Positions 46,077 through 55,019 are shown, numbered from the stretch's first letter. The stretch is DNA of 64,000 nucleotides from Kiritimatiellia bacterium (GCA_030745755.1 JASLOA010000007.1:11974-75973), one strand, 5' to 3'. The notes: a model not told the origin generated them from the letters alone. Numbers and translations: made by a program.

Positions 46077-46696
46077 TCACCAGCGATAATGGCGGCATGT
46101 TGAATCAGGGCGGACAGGACGCGTGGAAAGCCGGTCACCATATGAACGGCGATCTCTTTGGTTTCAAGTTTGATGCCTGGGAAGGAGGCCACCGGATTCC
46201 GTTCATTGCTCGGTGGCCGGGGAATATCGAGCCTGGTACACGATCAGACCAACTGATCTGTATTGTTGATATGCTTGCATCGTTTGCCTCTTTGCTAGGA
46301 CAAGAGCTCCCGGAGAACGCGGGGCCTGACAGCATCGATGTGCTGGAGGCACTATTCAGCGAACCAAAGGAATCGCTCAGGGAGAATTTGATCTTGGCAC
46401 CACGTACCAGAACACACCTGGGAATCCGTAGTGGTGACTGGATGTACATTCCTGAGCAAGGTGGCGGCGGTTTCACGGCAGAGAACCTTGGCGACCACGC
46501 GTTTGGAGGCCCCGCGGCTACTGCTTTTACCGGTCGACCCAATAGCGATATTGAGGCTGGGAAGCTGAAGAACGCTGCTCCCCCCGCTCAGCTCTACAAC
46601 CTGAAGGATGACCCATATCAAACCACTAATCTTCATGACCAACTGCCGGAAACGGTCCAGGAACTCCAACATCTTTTGACAAAAGAGACAGCATGA
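46077..46696 (+). pseudogene. sulfatase C-terminal fragment (5'-truncated at the cassette boundary)
   Basis: Reading frame opens directly at the attC crossover with IFTSDNGG..., i.e. sulfatase residues from about 280 onward. No FGly-motif region. Confidence 0.7.
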
Positions 46697-46767
46697 ACGG
46701 AATAGAAAATCGCACAAGCTCCTGCAGGCAACGTCCTAGAGGCCACGCCTCAAAGCTGACGTTGTGC
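46692..46767 (+). other. attC site, family O (R'' CATGAAC or degenerate CGCACAA ... R' GTTGTGC)
   Basis: ctcctgcaggcaacgtcct core shared with 57101-57159. gaggc/gcctc palindrome. Confidence 0.5.
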
Positions 46768-46835
46768 CCAAGAGATACGACTTGCAGGTGTATCCCATTC
46801 GTGCTACATTCGGACTGAAACATGGAGGTGATACT

Positions 46836-47096
46836 ATGAGCAAGACTGCAATGGTGCGTGCAAGACTCGAACCTGATCTGAAAGTGCATGCCGAGTCGGT
46901 GTTCCACCGACTCGGTCTCAACGCAACACAAGCCATCACGATGTTCTATAGGCAGGTTGAGCTTCGCGAAGGTCTTCCCTTTGATGTCGTCGTTCCCACG
47001 GCAACAACAAAGCGGACGTTTGAGACGTCCGAAGCAGGGCGTGATCTTGTCGTCTGCGAGGACGCAGGCGACATGTTCCGGAAACTCGGAATCTGA
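46836..47096 (+). CDS. dinJ: DinJ/RelB-family antitoxin
   Basis: AMVRARLEPDLKVHAESVFHRLGLNATQAITMFYRQV. Confidence 0.75.
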   Translation: MSKTAMVRARLEPDLKVHAESVFHRLGLNATQAITMFYRQVELREGLPFDVVVPTATTKRTFETSEAGRDLVVCEDAGDMFRKLGI

Positions 47097-47368
47097 TGTA
47101 CGCCCCTGTCTATACGAAGCAGTTCGAAAAGGACACCAAACGCTGCGTTCGCCGCGGCAAGAATATGGACAAGTTCAAGATCCTTGTCCCCGCCCTGCTT
47201 TCCGGCAAGCCACTCGATCCCATCCATCGCGACCACAAGCTGTCTGGCAATCTCGTCGGCAGACGAGACTGTCATATCGAGTCAGACTGGGTGTTAATCT
47301 ACCGAATCGAGGGGCGCAAGCTGGTCTTTGAGCGGATGGGAACCCATTCCGACCTATTCAAGAAGTGA
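47096..47368 (+). CDS. yafQ: YafQ-family toxin
   Basis: ...GRRDCHIESDWVLIYRIEGRKLVFERMGTHSDLFKK. Confidence 0.75.
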   Translation: MYAPVYTKQFEKDTKRCVRRGKNMDKFKILVPALLSGKPLDPIHRDHKLSGNLVGRRDCHIESDWVLIYRIEGRKLVFERMGTHSDLFKK

Positions 47369-47371
47369 GGG

Positions 47372-47432
47372 GCACAACATCCCCCTGCATGGTACTCGCG
47401 TGGGACGCGAGCCCATGAGGGAAGCGTTCGCT
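47372..47432 (+). other. attC site (R'' GCACAAC ... R' GTTCGCT)
   Basis: ctcgcg-tggga-cgcgag and ccctgcatgg/cccatgaggg stems. Confidence 0.6.
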
Positions 47433-47481
47433 CAAGAAGATAACATTTGACCAGGTTCACTAATATGTTAACCTCTCCGTA

Positions 47482-47838
47482 ATGAGAAGAACCCAGTTCT
47501 ACACGACGCCATCGGGACGCTGTCCGGTGCAGGAGCACCTCGACACGCTCCCGGACAAGACCGTACGCAAACTTGCGTGGGTCTTGCGTGCCGTTCGTGA
47601 TTTGGAACGTGTGCCGACCAACTATCTAAAGAAGTTGGTTAACACGGATGACATTTGGGAGATCCGTGTTGATGTCGGGCGGAACACGTTCCGGTTGCTG
47701 GGTTTCTTCCGTGGACGGGAGGTGATCATATTAACCAACTCATTTCAGAAGAAGAGCCAGAGAACTCCGCAAGGCGAGATTCGCCTCGCGGAAAAACGGA
47801 AGGCAGACTATCTGAGCCGGAGGAAACGAAATGGATGA
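47482..47838 (+). CDS. Gp49-like (DUF891) RelE/HigB-superfamily toxin
   Basis: [15 protein letters not shown]...[39 protein letters not shown]. Confidence 0.7.
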   Translation: MRRTQFYTTPSGRCPVQEHLDTLPDKTVRKLAWVLRAVRDLERVPTNYLKKLVNTDDIWEIRVDVGRNTFRLLGFFRGREVIILTNSFQKKSQRTPQGEIRLAEKRKADYLSRRKRNG

Positions 47839-48106
47839 TCTCGAGAGATATATTGAGGAACGTAAGAAGCGTTCGGCTGAGTTTGCCGATGGGTTTGAGA
47901 TCGGATACGAACAGTTCAAGATCGGGGTCATTCTTCGCGCTGCGCGCGAAGAAGCAGGGCTAACCCAGGATGATCTTGCCGAACGCCTACACACAAAGAA
48001 GTCGGCCATCTCCCGCATCGAAAACCATGCGGAAGACATCAGACTGTCCACACTTGAGAAGTTTGCCGAGGCCATCGGCAAGCGCCTCTCCCTGAAGATA
48101 GCCTGA
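47831..48106 (+). CDS. XRE-family HTH antitoxin
   Basis: [26 protein letters not shown]. Confidence 0.7.
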   Translation: MDDLERYIEERKKRSAEFADGFEIGYEQFKIGVILRAAREEAGLTQDDLAERLHTKKSAISRIENHAEDIRLSTLEKFAEAIGKRLSLKIA

Positions 48107-48162
48107 GCGAACATCCGGCTCGAGCGTACGGCTTACAGCCGCCGCTCAGCCAAGCGTTCGCC
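48106..48162 (+). other. attC site, family A (R'' AGCGAAC ... R' GTTCGCC)
   Basis: ctcgagcgtacggcttacagccgccgctcag core. Confidence 0.7.
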
Positions 48163-48173
48163 AAGAAAGATGA

Positions 48174-48203
48174 TTGACGGGAGGATTCACCGTAGCGTAC
48201 GCT
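48174..48203 (+). promoter_or_regulatory. cassette promoter TTGACG-18-TACGCT
   Basis: Upstream of the phd-yoeB-like cassette (ATG at 48230, RBS GGAGGT). Confidence 0.45.
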
Positions 48204-48229
48204 ATATCGTACGTATTGGAGGTATAACC

Positions 48230-48472
48230 ATGACAACCATGACTGCAACCGAAGCCCGCAAACAGCTCTATACTCTACTTGACGACGTTGCTGATTCGCA
48301 CGAGCCCATTCAGATTGCCGGCAAACGCCATTCGGCCGTCCTCGTATCAGAGGATGACTGGAACGCTGTACAGGAGACTCTCTACCTCACGAGCATTCCT
48401 GGCATGCGAGACTCGATTCGCAAGGGACTCAAGACTCCGGTCGAGAAGTGTGCAACGGAGCTCGACTGGTGA
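48230..48472 (+). CDS. yefM: Phd/YefM-family antitoxin
   Basis: MTATEARKQLYTLLDDVADSHEPIQIAGKRHSAVLVSEDDWNAVQETLYL. Confidence 0.75.
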   Translation: MTTMTATEARKQLYTLLDDVADSHEPIQIAGKRHSAVLVSEDDWNAVQETLYLTSIPGMRDSIRKGLKTPVEKCATELDW

Positions 48473-48732
48473 CTTGGTCGCTAGTCTACACAACGCAGGC
48501 GAAGCGAGATGCTAAGAAGCTCTCCCGCTCGGGGCTGAAGCCCCAAGCGGAGAAGCTGCTCAAGATTCTGAGCAAGAACCCCTACCAGAGTCCACCCCCA
48601 TTCGAACGGCTAGTCGGCGACCTGGCCGGTGCATGCTCCCGCCGGATCAATATTCAACACCGTCTCGTCTACCAAGTTCTGGATGATATCAAAACAGTCA
48701 AGGTCATCCGGATGTGGACACACTACGAGTAG
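48469..48732 (+). CDS. yoeB: YoeB/Txe-family toxin
   Basis: ...LKILSKNPYQSPPPFERLVGDLAGACSRRINIQHRLVYQVLDDIKTVKVIRMWTHYE. GTGA overlap with the antitoxin gene. Confidence 0.75.
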   Translation: MTWSLVYTTQAKRDAKKLSRSGLKPQAEKLLKILSKNPYQSPPPFERLVGDLAGACSRRINIQHRLVYQVLDDIKTVKVIRMWTHYE

Positions 48733-48735
48733 ACT

Positions 48736-48794
48736 GGCGAACAAGGCCGGTGGACGGTACGGCTTACAGCCGCCCGTCACCGCCAGCGTTGGAT
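48736..48794 (+). other. attC site, family A (R'' GGCGAAC ... R' GTTGGAT)
   Basis: ggtggacggtacggcttacagccgcccgtcacc core. Confidence 0.7.
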
Positions 48795-48852
48795 GCGAGA
48801 TGAAGATTGAAAGACCCGCGGTGAGAGCGTACTATGATGACGAGGTGACACT

Positions 48853-49056
48853 ATGTTGAAAGCGGTAGAAGCTACAATCGAGAGAAACGGAGAGATCCAT
48901 CTAATCGAGCCCCTCCATTTGGCACATTCGTGTCGTGCCATTGTAACCATCATGGAGGCACCCGACGTGCCGGAGACGGCATTGCTCAGCCAGCAGGCTC
49001 TCGCGCACGATTGGGAACGCCCCGAGGAGGATGCGGCATGGTCTCACCTTCAGTAG
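48853..49056 (+). CDS. small antitoxin-like protein upstream of MazF
   Basis: 67 aa. Overlaps the toxin start. Confidence 0.55.
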   Translation: MLKAVEATIERNGEIHLIEPLHLAHSCRAIVTIMEAPDVPETALLSQQALAHDWERPEEDAAWSHLQ

Positions 49057-49370
49057 GCTCTGTCGTTCTTGTCCGGTTTCCATTCTCCGACCTGTCTGCC
49101 AGCAAGCTTCGGCCTGCGGTTGTGCTCGCTGGCGTTGATCGCGATGATTGGATTCTGTGCCAAATCACCAGCAACCCATATGCTGACACAAGAGCCGTCG
49201 AGATTGGCGATTCAGACTTCGTATCAGGCAACCTGATGCGAACGAGCTACGCTCGCCCCGGCAAACTGTTCTCGGCCAACACATCACTCATGCAGCGGGT
49301 CGCGGGCAGCCTGACCCAGGCCAAGGTCGCGGCCGTGGTGGATGCAGTCGTCGACCTCATCCGCCCATAA
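49038..49370 (+). CDS. mazF: MazF/PemK-family toxin
   Basis: VGSVVLVRFPFSDLSASKLRPAVVLAGV..., MazF/Kid fold. Confidence 0.7.
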   Translation: MVSPSVGSVVLVRFPFSDLSASKLRPAVVLAGVDRDDWILCQITSNPYADTRAVEIGDSDFVSGNLMRTSYARPGKLFSANTSLMQRVAGSLTQAKVAAVVDAVVDLIRP

Positions 49371-49378
49371 CCGTGGGC

Positions 49379-49456
49379 ATCCAACATCAGCGTCGACGGT
49401 AGCGCTGACAGCCGCGAATACACGCCTGCCATCGCACCGTCACGCAAGCGTTAGTT
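49379..49456 (+). other. attC site (R'' ATCCAAC ... R' GTTAGTT)
   Basis: gcgtCgacggtAgcg pairs with cgcaccgtcacgc. Symmetric 4-nt spacers. Confidence 0.6.
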
Positions 49457-49771
49457 GCCAAGATGAATGATCAGACCTGGCTCTGCACCACCGATGGCCT
49501 CAAGAATATCCGACACCAGCGGCTGGAGTGTTTCATACCGGCTGTTCACTGCGTGCAGAGTGATGACACACAGGTCGATTCCCTCAAGGTTCTGTTGGTG
49601 GACAAGATTGCTGTCCAGCGTGATGAAGATATCGAAAGCCGGAATGATCAGCTTCAGCAGGGCTCCATTCTTGATTCCAGCCCACCCCTCACGGGGAACC
49701 GTGGTAACTGGATGGGGATGAAGATCGCGAACCAGTCGACGGGGCAGGCATTCGTCCAGGATAGCCCTCAT
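49451..49771 (-). CDS. DUF5615-family PIN-like protein (putative toxin), inverted in its cassette
   Basis: MRAILDECLPRRLVRDL... on the minus strand. Confidence 0.6.
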   Translation of the reverse strand: MRAILDECLPRRLVRDLHPHPVTTVPREGWAGIKNGALLKLIIPAFDIFITLDSNLVHQQNLEGIDLCVITLHAVNSRYETLQPLVSDILEAIGGAEPGLIIHLGN

Positions 49772-49772
49772 G

Positions 49773-49994
49773 CTATGCCACCAAAGCAAGTAGTTTGTCT
49801 TTGGCTGTCTCCAGCACAGCAATTACCTGTTCCCGCGATACAGTCGGGAAATCGTATAGGAACAGGTCGATCGAATCGCCTGCCTCAAGGCAGGCGATCA
49901 AGTTCTGAAACGGCACACGCGTACCGGCAAACACCGGCGTGCCCCCCAGAGTTCCGGGGTCGCTAATGATTACTTTGTTCAGTATCACATCCAT
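49773..49994 (-). CDS. DUF433-family protein (putative antitoxin partner)
   Basis: MDVILNKVIISDPGTLGGTPVFAGTRVPFQNLIACLEAGDSIDLFLYDFP. The longer TTG start at 50030 is less likely. Confidence 0.6.
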   Translation of the reverse strand: MDVILNKVIISDPGTLGGTPVFAGTRVPFQNLIACLEAGDSIDLFLYDFPTVSREQVIAVLETAKDKLLALVA

Positions 49995-50028
49995 GCGAGC
50001 ACTATACTGTTGAGAAAGGCGGGAAAGC

Positions 50029-50092
50029 AACTAACAATCTGCTCAACCGTACAAATGACAGCCGCGCTGCGTCTGCCATTTGACGGTTAGCA
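50029..50092 (+). other. attC site (R'' AACTAAC ... R' GTTAGCA)
   Basis: caaatgaca/gccatttga L boxes. Confidence 0.55.
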
Positions 50093-50118
50093 GCACGTTC
50101 GCCTGACAGATAATAACG

Positions 50119-50148
50119 CTTGCCGATATTACTGCGCTGCGTTACTAT
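50119..50148 (+). promoter_or_regulatory. cassette promoter TTGCCG-18-TACTAT
   Basis: Upstream of higB (ATG at 50155). Confidence 0.45.
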
Positions 50149-50154
50149 GATCCC

Positions 50155-50436
50155 ATGATTAGGTCATTCAGGTGTTCCGAGACGGAGAAGCTCTACAATC
50201 GCTCGCATTCGCGCAAGCTGCCGCAAGGCATCCAGCGTGTGGCTATGCGGAAACTGTGGGTGCTGGACGCGGCAACCGACTTGAACGAGTTGCGTGTACC
50301 GCCAAGCAACCGTCTTGAAGCCCTGCGTGGAGATAGGAAGGGTCAGCACAGCATCCGCATTAACCAACAGTGGCGGGTTTGCTTCCGATGGCGTGCAGGT
50401 GACGCCTACGACGTTGAGATTGTGGACTATCATTAG
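50155..50436 (+). CDS. higB: HigB-family toxin (RelE/ParE superfamily)
   Basis: MIRSFRCSETEKLYNRSHSRKLPQGIQRVAMRKLWVLDAA... Confidence 0.75.
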   Translation: MIRSFRCSETEKLYNRSHSRKLPQGIQRVAMRKLWVLDAATDLNELRVPPSNRLEALRGDRKGQHSIRINQQWRVCFRWRAGDAYDVEIVDYH

Positions 50437-50441
50437 GAGTT

Positions 50442-50744
50442 GTGATCATGAAGAAGATGAAACCAATACACCCGGGTGAAGTGCTCTTGGAGGAGTTTCT
50501 AGAGCCCATGGGCATCTCGCAGTACCGCTTGGCCAAAGACACAAGCGTCCCTGCGCGCCGGATCAATGAGATCGTGCACGGTGCACGCGCCGTTACGGCG
50601 GACACGGCGCTTCGCCTTGGTCGCTATTTTGGGACCTCGGCGCAGTTCTGGCTGAACCTACAGACCCATTTTGATCTTGAGATGCAGCAGGACAAGATCG
50701 GCTCCCGCTTGGACAGAGAAGTCCATGCCTTCGCTGCCGCCTGA
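50442..50744 (+). CDS. higA: HigA-family HTH antitoxin
   Basis: IHPGEVLLEEFLEPMGISQYRLAKDTSVPARRINEIVHGARAVTADTALRLGRYFGTSAQFWLNLQ. Confidence 0.75.
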   Translation: MIMKKMKPIHPGEVLLEEFLEPMGISQYRLAKDTSVPARRINEIVHGARAVTADTALRLGRYFGTSAQFWLNLQTHFDLEMQQDKIGSRLDREVHAFAAA

Positions 50745-50759
50745 AAAAGAAAATAGGGA

Positions 50760-50817
50760 GGCGAACATGGCGCTGCTGCGTACGGCTTACAGCCGCCGCA
50801 GAGCTTGATCGTTAGAG
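50760..50817 (+). other. attC site, family A variant (R'' GGCGAAC ... R' GTTAGAG)
   Basis: gcgtacggcttacagccgccgcagagcttgatc. Confidence 0.6.
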
Positions 50818-50827
50818 CAGGAGAGAT

Positions 50828-51238
50828 ATGAAACCTTGTCGCGAATGCCAGCACGAGATATCTGAGCAGGCTATGGCGTGTCCGCAGTGTGGGGCACCGT
50901 TTCCTGCAAAAGAGAAATGGGATGGATGGGGATTTGAATACAAATCCAAAGCAACCCTATGCGGGTTGCCGTGGATTCACATCTCATTCAAGTACAGACC
51001 GACCAGGCGTCCAGTTCCAGCCAAAGGAGTCATAGCCATCGGCCAGTTTGCCTGCGGCATCTTCACGCTATCCCAATTCGGTGTTGGCGTTGTCAGCGTC
51101 AGCCAATTTACGATCGCAGGATACGCACTCGCGCAGTTTGCAGTAGCATACTCATTGATCGCGCAGATGGGCATTTACATTCAGGAAGGACATGGGCAAC
51201 TCGTCAGAAGTATAGGCGAACTAATGGAGATGCTCTAA
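50828..51238 (+). CDS. zinc-ribbon (CxxC...CxxC) N-terminus plus TM C-terminus protein, hypothetical
   Basis: CRECQHEISEQAMACPQCGAPF, then two hydrophobic helices. Confidence 0.45.
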   Translation: MKPCRECQHEISEQAMACPQCGAPFPAKEKWDGWGFEYKSKATLCGLPWIHISFKYRPTRRPVPAKGVIAIGQFACGIFTLSQFGVGVVSVSQFTIAGYALAQFAVAYSLIAQMGIYIQEGHGQLVRSIGELMEML

Positions 51239-51292
51239 CAAGACAAATCCAGCGTACGCGGAATACCGCGCCGCAGAGCTTGATCGTTGGCG
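51233..51292 (+). other. attC site (R'' CTCTAAC ... R' GTTGGCG)
   Basis: cagcgtacgcgg..ccgcgccgcagagcttgatc. Confidence 0.55.
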
Positions 51293-51307
51293 TGAGAAAA
51301 GAGCCAC

Positions 51308-51336
51308 TTGACGTACATACATAATGTATATACACT
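51308..51336 (+). promoter_or_regulatory. cassette promoter TTGACG-17-TACACT
   Basis: Upstream of brnT (ATG at 51343). Confidence 0.5.
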
Positions 51337-51342
51337 GACACC

Positions 51343-51624
51343 ATGAAGTTTGAGTGGGATGACCAGAAGAATGAGGCAAACATTCGCAAGCACGGCATCG
51401 ACTTTGCCGATGTTGTCGAGATGTTCGTTCATCCGATGATTACTCATCTCGACACTCGCCGCGACTACGGCGCGGACCGATGGATCGGCATCGGCCTATT
51501 GAGAAACATCGTGGCTGTAACCGTCTATATCGAATGGGAAGACGAAGAGACGATCCGAATCATCTCAGCCCGCAAGGCAAAACGATATGAAAGCGAAGAA
51601 TACCATACGAGAGTCACGCACTGA
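51343..51624 (+). CDS. brnT: BrnT-family toxin
   Basis: MKFEWDDQKNEANIRKHGIDFADV... Confidence 0.75.
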   Translation: MKFEWDDQKNEANIRKHGIDFADVVEMFVHPMITHLDTRRDYGADRWIGIGLLRNIVAVTVYIEWEDEETIRIISARKAKRYESEEYHTRVTH

Positions 51625-51853
51625 CTGGAAACGTCTGGAGGCGATGCCGGATTCGGATATCGATGTCTCGGATATTCCGACACTCGATAAATCGTTCTTT
51701 GATCGTGCCCACGTCCGTCTTCCGCAGCGGAAGCGCTCGATCTCCCTACGCGTTGATCCTGACGTCCTTGAGTGGTTCAAGCATCAGGGACGGGGATACC
51801 AGACACGGATCAATCAGGTGCTGAAAGCCTACGTCCAGGCACATCAGCATTGA
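51587..51853 (+). CDS. brnA: BrnA-family antitoxin
   Basis: ...SISLRVDPDVLEWFKHQGRGYQTRINQVLKAYVQAHQ. Confidence 0.7.
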   Translation: MKAKNTIRESRTDWKRLEAMPDSDIDVSDIPTLDKSFFDRAHVRLPQRKRSISLRVDPDVLEWFKHQGRGYQTRINQVLKAYVQAHQH

Positions 51854-51864
51854 CAGCTGAGGTG

Positions 51865-51939
51865 CGCCAACAACGGGCTGCTCACGTATTTCCAATAGCC
51901 GCAAGCGGCCATTGAGAAACGGAGAGCCAAGCGTTCGAA
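51865..51939 (+). other. attC site, family B (R'' CGCCAAC ... R' GTTCGAA)
   Basis: gctgctcacgtatttccaatagccgcaagcggccattgagaaacggagagc. Confidence 0.7.
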
Positions 51940-51964
51940 TCAGAGGAAACAAACACCTCATTGG

Positions 51965-51992
51965 TTGACACGAAGCATACTCCCGGTATAAT
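51965..51992 (+). promoter_or_regulatory. cassette promoter TTGACA-16-TATAAT (consensus hexamers)
   Basis: Hexamers at 51965 and 51987. ATG at 52002. Confidence 0.55.
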
Positions 51993-52001
51993 AACAACAC
52001 C

Positions 52002-52262
52002 ATGAAGTTCGAGTTTGATCCCGAGAAGAGCGAAGCGAACAAGACCAAGCATGGCATCGACTTTGTCGAAGGACAGGCGCTGTGGGAGGATCCAGATCGC
52101 CTCCAACTGCCTGCACGCACACAAGGCGAGCCACGCCTGATGCTGATCGGACGCATCGGTGACAGGCATTGGTCGGCGATCTTCACGATTCGGGAAGACA
52201 GAACCCGGATCATTTCGATCCGGCGTTCTCGGACAAAGGAGGTAGAACAGTATGAAGACTGA
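52002..52262 (+). CDS. brnT: BrnT-family toxin
   Basis: MKFEFDPEKSEANKTKHGIDFVEGQ... Confidence 0.75.
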   Translation: MKFEFDPEKSEANKTKHGIDFVEGQALWEDPDRLQLPARTQGEPRLMLIGRIGDRHWSAIFTIREDRTRIISIRRSRTKEVEQYED

Positions 52263-52479
52263 AGAGTTTGACAAGAAGTTTGATGATGGCGAAGACGTAT
52301 CCGAACATCTCGACTTCTCCAAGGCTACACGCCCCGGTCGGGAACAAAAGAGAGTCAATGTCGACTTCCCTGTTTGGATGATCCAGTCACTTGACCGAGA
52401 GGCGAAACGCCTCGGCGTTCCCAGGCAGTCTGTGATCAAAGTCTGGATTGCGGATCGCCTCGAACATACACATGCATGA
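52252..52479 (+). CDS. brnA: BrnA-family antitoxin
   Basis: ...RVNVDFPVWMIQSLDREAKRLGVPRQSVIKVWIADRL. Confidence 0.7.
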   Translation: MKTEEFDKKFDDGEDVSEHLDFSKATRPGREQKRVNVDFPVWMIQSLDREAKRLGVPRQSVIKVWIADRLEHTHA

Positions 52480-52510
52480 CAAGGCGACCTAGATCTGATA
52501 GGTTTATCAC

Positions 52511-52996
52511 ATGGCAACGGTATACATAGAGACATCAGTCATTAGCTATCTAACGGCACGGCCGTCGCCAGCCTTGTTGGCTGCGGCGCACCAACAGGTG
52601 ACCCGAGAATGGTGGGACCATCATCGTTATCGGTTTGACCAATTCATCTCGCCACTGGTTCTAGATGAAGCTGCACGTGGTGATCCCGATGCAGCCGCAA
52701 GACGATTGGCAGCGCTCGAAGGGTTTGCCGTTCTCGAACCCACGCAATCTGCGGCAGAACTGGTAGACATACTGATCTCCGACGGAGCTCTGCCGAGCAT
52801 CGCGCGGGACGATGCAACGCATGTGGCCATCGCAGCAGCACACCACATGGACTACCTTTTGACCTGGAATTGTCGCCATATCGACAATGCCGAGGCGAAA
52901 CCATTGATCCGTTCGGTGTGTGCCGTTCATGGGTTCGTCTGCCCTGAGATATGCACCCCGGAGGAATTGATGGGAGGAACACCCGATGAAAGATGA
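52511..52996 (+). CDS. PIN-domain protein (VapC-like) in the same cassette as brnTA
   Basis: 161 aa, VYIETSVISYL... No attC between 52479 and 52511. Confidence 0.6.
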   Translation: MATVYIETSVISYLTARPSPALLAAAHQQVTREWWDHHRYRFDQFISPLVLDEAARGDPDAAARRLAALEGFAVLEPTQSAAELVDILISDGALPSIARDDATHVAIAAAHHMDYLLTWNCRHIDNAEAKPLIRSVCAVHGFVCPEICTPEELMGGTPDER

Positions 52997-53150
52997 GATT
53001 CTGGAGGAACTCTGGCGAGTCAAGGACCAGATATCCGATGAGGCGAAGGGCAACACACAGGCGCTCTTTGATCGCCTGCGTAACATTAAGCTGACTTCCA
53101 CTCAGCGCATGGTCAACCGCACTGCACCACGCAAGCCGCAGCACGCCTGA
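52986..53150 (+). CDS. small ORF (54 aa) overlapping the PIN gene end; possible partner or antitoxin
   Basis: MKDEILEELWRVKDQISDEAKGNTQALFDRLRNIK... Ends 10 nt before the attC. Confidence 0.35.
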   Translation: MKDEILEELWRVKDQISDEAKGNTQALFDRLRNIKLTSTQRMVNRTAPRKPQHA

Positions 53151-53160
53151 ACCACGGAGT

Positions 53161-53217
53161 GCAGAACAGGCCCGATGGAGCGTACGGCTAAAGCCGCCGC
53201 TCATCGGCACGTACTGC
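53161..53217 (+). other. attC site, family A with degenerate R' (R'' GCAGAAC ... R' GTACTGC)
   Basis: gatggagcgtacggctaaagccgccgctcatcggc. GTT is replaced by GTA. Confidence 0.55.
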
Positions 53218-54303
53218 TACGGCAAGTATGAACATCAACATTTGGCAAATTTGGAGTATCGGGATGCTGAAAAGGACGATGCGTATTCGTCGGTCCAGTG
53301 CGTAGAGGCGGCTTGCCGCTTTGTCGAGCGCAACCATGCTGAGGACAACTGGCATCTTCATTTGGAGCTGTTTGACCCTCATGAACCGTTTGATTGCCCT
53401 CAGGCATACCTCGATGCATACGATGATCAGTGGGACGGCCCACCCACCACCTGTCCCGATTATGCGCCTTTGGATAGAGACAGGGACACGCCCAAGGCCG
53501 TTGACCATCTACGCAGGGCCTACGCCGCTACGATAACAATGAACGATCGTAAGTTGGGGCAGCTTTTCGATATGATGGACCGGTTCAGCATGTGGGACGA
53601 TACAGCCGTGATTCTGACTACAGATCATGGCTATCTTCTTGGTGAACATGGTCTCTGGGCGAAGAACTATATGCAGTGTTATGACGAACTCGTGCACCTT
53701 CCCTTGATTGTCCGCTATCCCGGGGCAACCCCGGGCCGACGGCAGGCGTTGACCGGCGCCATTGACATCATGCCAACGATTCTGGAAATGCACGGGGCAC
53801 GGGATATCCCCGAATCTGTCATGGGGAAGAGCATCGTCCCTCTTCTCAAAGAGGATGGCCATCATCATGACGGACTTCTTTTCGGATACTTTGGCCGGGA
53901 AGTCAACATGACCGATGGTGTGCATACCTATCACCGCATGCCAACGCCGAATTCCACGTGTGATTTCCACTTCACAGATCTCAACATGGTAGACCCGTGC
54001 AGCGTCCTGAAAGCGGAATTGGGCACACACCTCAAACACAGTAACGGGATACCTCACTTTCGCATCACACGCCAGTCGGTTCTCCCTCAGGGCTGCGATG
54101 GCCACCACTTGATCTATAGTCTTGAGAATGATCCCAACCACAATAGGGCAGTTCACGACGACAAACTCGAGAGCGAGTTGACCAAGAAACTTAGGATGTT
54201 GTTACAAGAGGCAGATGCGCCAGAGTGCCAATATAGAAGACTCGCAATTGAGCAATCTGCCGAACAAAGCGTTGCACAGCGACGCGGTAAACCGCGCGCG
54301 TGA
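53218..54303 (+). pseudogene. sulfatase C-terminal fragment (no start codon; frame open through the attC)
   Basis: TTDHGYLLGEHGLWAK... and a C-terminal sulfatase domain. Lacks the N-terminal FGly region. Ends inside a family-C attC. Confidence 0.7.
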
Positions 54304-54318
54304 ACGCCGCCGTTGGCC
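54259..54318 (+). other. attC site, family C (sulfatase-linked; R'' GCCGAAC ... R' GTTGGCC)
   Basis: gttgcacagcgacgcggtaaaccgcgcgcgtgaac. Confidence 0.7.
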
Positions 54319-54334
54319 TCTGGAAGAAGGCGTA

Positions 54335-54366
54335 TTGACATCGCAACTCATGTGGATCATTATAGC
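54335..54366 (+). promoter_or_regulatory. cassette promoter TTGACA-18-CATTAT inside TTGACAT...ATGTCAA inverted repeat
   Basis: Upstream of the copG/mazF-like cassette (GTG at 54401, RBS GGGAGGG). Confidence 0.45.
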
Positions 54367-54400
54367 TATGTCAATCCACACTATATGACGGGAGGGTGCA

Positions 54401-54634
54401 GTGAGAACCGTACAGATGACGCTTGATGATAGTCTAGTGCGATCCGTAGATCGTGTTGTGAAGAAGACCCACACCACACGCTCTGCGTTCACACGCGATG
54501 CGCTACGTGCCGCACTTGAGAGATTCAATATTTCTCGACTCGAACGCCAGCATCACAAGGGCTACGAGATTCACCCCGTCAACAAGGCTGAGTTCAGTGT
54601 TTGGGAAGACGAACAAGCGTGGGGTGACGAGTGA
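54401..54634 (+). CDS. CopG/RHH-family antitoxin
   Basis: VQMTLDDSLVRSVDRVVKKTHTTRSAFTRDALRAAL. Confidence 0.7.
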   Translation: MRTVQMTLDDSLVRSVDRVVKKTHTTRSAFTRDALRAALERFNISRLERQHHKGYEIHPVNKAEFSVWEDEQAWGDE

Positions 54635-54945
54635 AACGCGGGGAAGTCCGGTGGTACAAGTTTGCTCCGCCAGACAAGAAGCGCCCGGTCCTGATTCTTA
54701 CGCGAGATTCGATTCTTCGGTATCTTGGTGAGGTGACTGTTGCTCCGGTTACCACAACTGTCAGGGACATTCCAAGCGAGGTCTTTCTGTCACAGCATGA
54801 CGGCATGCGCCATGACTGCGCGATCAACTGCGACCACATACAGACGGTGTCAAAGGGAAAGATCGGAGCCCAAATCACTCAACTATCGCCCGCGCACATG
54901 AGCGCCGTCACCAAGGCCATAGGCTTCGCGCTCAATCTCTGGTGA
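54631..54945 (+). CDS. mazF: MazF/PemK-family toxin
   Basis: MKRGEVRWYKFAPPDKKRPVLILTRDSI... Confidence 0.75.
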   Translation: MKRGEVRWYKFAPPDKKRPVLILTRDSILRYLGEVTVAPVTTTVRDIPSEVFLSQHDGMRHDCAINCDHIQTVSKGKIGAQITQLSPAHMSAVTKAIGFALNLW

Positions 54946-54961
54946 CTCAAGAGAATGGACA

Positions 54962-55019
54962 GGCCAACCAGAACATCCAGCGTACGCGCTGGAGCGCGCC
55001 GCTGATGTAATCGTTCTGT
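54962..55019 (+). other. attC site (R'' GGCCAAC ... R' GTTCTGT)
   Basis: cagcg-tacgcgctggagcgcgc-cgctg nested palindromes. Confidence 0.6.

Noticed and set aside
53509-54156. 215-aa ORF antisense within the sulfatase fragment
   Set aside because: Overlaps the sulfatase frame, which has clear homology. No independent support.
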